DNA from: a virus
DNA length: 64,000 nt
IMG/VR virus record: IMGVR_UViG_3300030419_007436
Location: 96,001 to 160,000 of that record
Direction: 5' to 3' (one strand)
The position numbers and the translations under genes were made by a program. Positions within the stretch are counted from its first letter, which is position 1. Each line of letters begins with the position of its first letter. Below are positions 60,870 through 64,000 of the stretch, piece after piece. The notes beneath the pieces were generated by a model. That model did not search any database. It worked only from the letters and a program-made list of their open reading frames with translations, and had not been told where the DNA came from.

Positions 60870-62168
60870 TTACCCCACAAATACCTTTAAAGGTATCATT
60901 TTATTAATTGTATTCACTGACTCCATCATTGCAGCGTCGCCTTCCATAAGTTTAGAGTAAGTTAGCTCGTCTAAGGTTGTTTTTAGCTCTTCGCGCAACT
61001 TTTCTTGTTCGGAGGTTGCTTGCGATAAAAGTGCGGGCCCGTCTAAGGTCACGGCGTCTCCTGGTATCGGTATTGTTGTAAATTTGCTCCTAATATTTCC
61101 TAATGTTTCTTTTGATAGGGCCAATGCAAAACGGCGGATCCACTGTTTTCCGATAGCGTTAATGTTTCCATATGGAAGATTTTCAAAAGGAACTGTGTTT
61201 AAATTGTTTATTCCCTCGGTGGAAGTATCTCCCCCTCTATTTTCTGTATCTCCTTTTTCCCACGGCTCTGATTCAACAAAAAATTCCATCCAATATTCTT
61301 TGGGGCTTGTCTCTACTATTTTAGGAAATATTCTTAATCTATTATTTTTAATTTCATATGAATAATGACTGTTTCTGGTGTATATTGCATCTTCAAATGC
61401 CATAGATTGGGCCTTATTTTGCCAAGCTGGAATTATTTCAAAAGTAGAGTCGTCTGCCCACTGGCCATAACTTGCAAGGTTGCCGACCGTGTTAAGACCA
61501 CCATAATATCCATAGAATCGCCACATAGATTGGGGTGTTTTATAATAAACCCTTGTAATGTTAATTCTTCTATCTTCAACTTTTCCATAAAAAGACAGCG
61601 ATGAATCTGTAGCTGCGGAAGAAGATATAATCTGTTGTAAATCGAAATCCTGTGTACCTTTAGAACCACTAAAAGACGCTGAGTATATTGTAACTTCTCC
61701 ACCGAAGCCAATTTCGGTGGAAACGCCATATCCCACTCTTCTAGAATATGCAAACTCAAATCTAGGATATTTAAGATTTACATTTGTGCCGACAAGAGAC
61801 GAGCCGGATTGCAGCTGCCCATCGTGGTCAAAAGTGCCAGTAGAAGCGCCCAATAAATCAGATAAAGAGTTTTTAGCTTGATGGATATTAAGAATATATG
61901 AATATTCTAACACAGCCTCTTCATAGGCCGCAAATATGCTTCCGCTAGTGAGTTCAATATCTAATACGTCGCCGCCTAGTTTTTTATATGTATATGAAAC
62001 TTGTTCTGCTGCTCCAGAACAAAAATATTGAGAATACAGGCCAGAATTGGAATCGGAATAAAGCCCTAGGGGTATTTGAGCGTTATTTTCAACATCAGAA
62101 GGCGAACTTCCACTTGAAAGAACAACTGTGCTTGTTTCAGAAACTGGCTTTAGGACGGGTACTGACAT
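60870..62168 (-). CDS. Neck protein, gp13-like (head-tail adaptor)
   Basis: KKLGGDVLDIEL, W.RR.ALALSKE.LG..R.KF..IP.PG..V.L.G. Confidence 0.85.
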   Translation of the reverse strand: MSVPVLKPVSETSTVVLSSGSSPSDVENNAQIPLGLYSDSNSGLYSQYFCSGAAEQVSYTYKKLGGDVLDIELTSGSIFAAYEEAVLEYSYILNIHQAKNSLSDLLGASTGTFDHDGQLQSGSSLVGTNVNLKYPRFEFAYSRRVGYGVSTEIGFGGEVTIYSASFSGSKGTQDFDLQQIISSSAATDSSLSFYGKVEDRRINITRVYYKTPQSMWRFYGYYGGLNTVGNLASYGQWADDSTFEIIPAWQNKAQSMAFEDAIYTRNSHYSYEIKNNRLRIFPKIVETSPKEYWMEFFVESEPWEKGDTENRGGDTSTEGINNLNTVPFENLPYGNINAIGKQWIRRFALALSKETLGNIRSKFTTIPIPGDAVTLDGPALLSQATSEQEKLREELKTTLDELTYSKLMEGDAAMMESVNTINKMIPLKVFVG

Positions 62169-62188
62169 TCATTTAGATCTCCTCCATA

Positions 62189-62196
62189 TAAATAGT
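62189..62196 (-). promoter_or_regulatory. Putative late promoter motif
   Basis: ACTATTTA upstream of GGAGG and ATG 62168. Confidence 0.65.
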
Positions 62197-62243
62197 TTGG
62201 GTGAGAACAAAAGGCTAAATGTTATTTTTGATGTCCTTTAGAT

Positions 62244-62411
62244 TTATTTTACACGTGGCATTTTTGACGAAGCTTTCTTGGGTGCGTCTTCCGTCTTCGG
62301 CTCCGGGGCAACGGTTGTTTCAACAGCCTCTTCCACAACTTCAGGGGCGCTGGCTTTTGCCGCTTCTTCTTGTTTTTTTCTTGCAAGTAATCTTTTTTGT
62401 TTAGGTTTCAT
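62244..62411 (-). CDS. Small low-complexity protein (55 aa)
   Basis: AGGAGG SD before ATG 62411. Confidence 0.65.
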   Translation of the reverse strand: MKPKQKRLLARKKQEEAAKASAPEVVEEAVETTVAPEPKTEDAPKKASSKMPRVK

Positions 62412-62429
62412 AGTGTATACCTCCTTCAA

Positions 62430-62437
62430 TAAATAGT
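62430..62437 (-). promoter_or_regulatory. Putative late promoter motif
   Basis: ACTATTTA. Confidence 0.6.
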
Positions 62438-62534
62438 ATTTAAAAAATTTAAAATCTCAAAAAATTGGCCCCGACAAAATTTGGCAAACGCTGTTTTTTA
62501 GACTCATTTAGTTTTGAGAAAATTTTATAACAAT

Positions 62535-62570
62535 AAAAAACCCCGGGAATCAAAAAGAAACCCGGGGTTA
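62535..62570 (-). terminator. Intrinsic terminator after the major capsid gene
   Basis: CCCCGGG/CCCGGGG stem plus T6. Confidence 0.8.
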
Positions 62571-62591
62571 AAACTAAACTACAGTTTTATC

Positions 62592-64000
62592 TTAGCTTCC
62601 GCTTTCACCCAAAAGTCCTCGCACAACGACGAGACCATAAAGGTCAGGACGTACCATCTTCTTAGCGTAGCGGGTCATGACACCCTTACGTGGCACGAAA
62701 TCTTCCGTACCAAAGATAGTGGGAGTAACTTGCAGTGGCACATAAGGAGCATATACATAGCCACTCTCAAGGAAGCTATTGCCTTTGCGCCCAACAAGAA
62801 TAAGGTTACGTGGGAAGTAAGGATCGACGAAAACGTCAAATTTCTTACTCAAGTTACCAACCTTTTCTGCACCTGCAACACCTTTGTTGTCATCATGAGT
62901 AACACTAGCTCGGAAGCCAGCTGTAAACTCAAGAATATTGGCAACTTCAGGTGATGTGACGAGGAAGTTTGCACCGCCTCGAAGTGTTTTACGGTGAATC
63001 TGAGCAGAGACATCATTGACTGTCTCAATGAGTGTTTCATACCACTCAGAAACGGTACCAGTGAAGTCTGGAGCAAGCGCACTAGCGCCGACTTCCACAC
63101 CGGTAGTCCGATTAACAAACAAGCCAGGGGATCGCGACCAGTAATATGTACCAGCCGTTGCACCAGTGACGAGATCATTAAGAATCTCACGATCAATTTC
63201 AAGAGCAATTTGCTCAGAAAGAATTGATGTAAGCTCAACCTCTGCGTCCAAGTTATGATAAGCGTTAAGATCCTGACCAAGTTCAGGGGTCCATTTTGCT
63301 TTCAATTTCTTGGTGATTGCGGTCACTGATTGTGAATCAACCTTAAGATCAATCTCAGGGATTGCTTCACTCTCTTCAAGTCCCCACGGATCGGTACCGA
63401 CAACGGCACCAAGTGCGTTACCAGAACCCGCTGCGGGAGTACCGCCGAAGTTGTCTGTAATTGGATACTGATATGCGTCTCCAGCATTCATAGACGTTGC
63501 AAGTTCGGTTGCGGTTGCAGTGCCATCAATAGAGGCAGCAACAACATAAAGAGCGGTACTGGACCGGTCATTTTTATACCCACCTGCACCATCAGAACCA
63601 GAAAATTTCGTCAATCGACGAATCATGGTCTGACCAGACGCGAACACACCAAAACCAGCAGACGAACTACAACCGAACATGACAAGATTGTCCTTGTTGA
63701 TTGAAGACGCACCGAAAGCTTGGCTACCTGTAATGTTATAAACACTAATTGCAAGAGTGGTTGTACCAGAAACAAATGCAGGGTCAAATTCACAAATATC
63801 ACGGATCACATTATCTCCAAATCCACCGTGACTACCCAGGTCGACCGTTGAACTATCTCCGATCTTTTCGCCATCCCACGTACCACTAGCCATAGGGCTG
63901 CCGAGGAATGTTCCATCTTCCGATCCTGTCGGAGAGGAATATGCATTGTTTAAGCTATAAAAACTCTTCTCAGCGTTGAGGCCACCAAGGTCAACACCAT
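62592..64000 (-). CDS. gp23: Major capsid protein, T4 gp23-like (5'-truncated by window edge)
   Basis: IPEIDL, VTAITKKLKAKWTPELGQDLNAYH, EIDREIL, YAPYVPL, GVMTRY; frame stays open to 64000. Confidence 0.95.
   Translation of the reverse strand, partial: GVDLGGLNAEKSFYSLNNAYSSPTGSEDGTFLGSPMASGTWDGEKIGDSSTVDLGSHGGFGDNVIRDICEFDPAFVSGTTTLAISVYNITGSQAFGASSINKDNLVMFGCSSSAGFGVFASGQTMIRRLTKFSGSDGAGGYKNDRSSTALYVVAASIDGTATATELATSMNAGDAYQYPITDNFGGTPAAGSGNALGAVVGTDPWGLEESEAIPEIDLKVDSQSVTAITKKLKAKWTPELGQDLNAYHNLDAEVELTSILSEQIALEIDREILNDLVTGATAGTYYWSRSPGLFVNRTTGVEVGASALAPDFTGTVSEWYETLIETVNDVSAQIHRKTLRGGANFLVTSPEVANILEFTAGFRASVTHDDNKGVAGAEKVGNLSKKFDVFVDPYFPRNLILVGRKGNSFLESGYVYAPYVPLQVTPTIFGTEDFVPRKGVMTRYAKKMVRPDLYGLVVVRGLLGESGS

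Noticed and set aside
53582-62194. T4 late promoters (TATAAATA) on the plus strand
   Set aside because: They point opposite to the genes. They are better explained as the reverse complement of the sense-strand ACTATTTA motif.
144-63227. All plus-strand ORFs in the track
   Set aside because: They are antisense shadows of well-supported minus-strand genes, with no SD or motif support.

Overview
This is a 64-kb piece of a large contractile-tailed (myovirus, T4-like morphogenesis) phage genome, and every credible gene lies on the minus strand. Read right to left (transcription order) it holds four blocks. (1) Morphogenesis, ~45.8-64 kb: partial major capsid, neck, tail terminator, sheath, two tube-like genes, gp26/gp51-like, tape measure, baseplate. 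(2) Replication and metabolism, ~21-45.8 kb: DnaE, a short family-A polymerase, tubulin-like protein, gp32-like SSB, RecA, 5'-3' exonuclease, helicase, NrdJ, dUTPase, GuaB, PMM, GroES-like protein, lysins, three tRNAs and one tRNA-like RNA with a ~120-nt insertion. (3) Accessory genes, ~10.9-21 kb: GroEL, ClpP, glutaredoxin, fatty-acid hydroxylase, PAP2, a CglF/GltF-like gliding protein and a stand-alone LeuA regulatory domain. These suggest a Myxococcota/Bdellovibrionota host (inference). (4) Early region, 1-10.6 kb: ten near-consensus sigma70 promoters and a family of at least 16 small MxxGDLV...LEVI (KOW/SH3-like) ORFs. The most striking signal is that many of these ORFs are joined by a conserved ~30-bp dual-coded junction, GAGGTAATCA(A/G)TGCAAGT(C/A)GGTGATTT(A/G)GT. 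It encodes one gene's C-terminus and stop and also the next gene's SD, start and N-terminus, giving what looks like a shufflable gene-cassette array. All family assignments come from motif recognition by eye, with no database searches.
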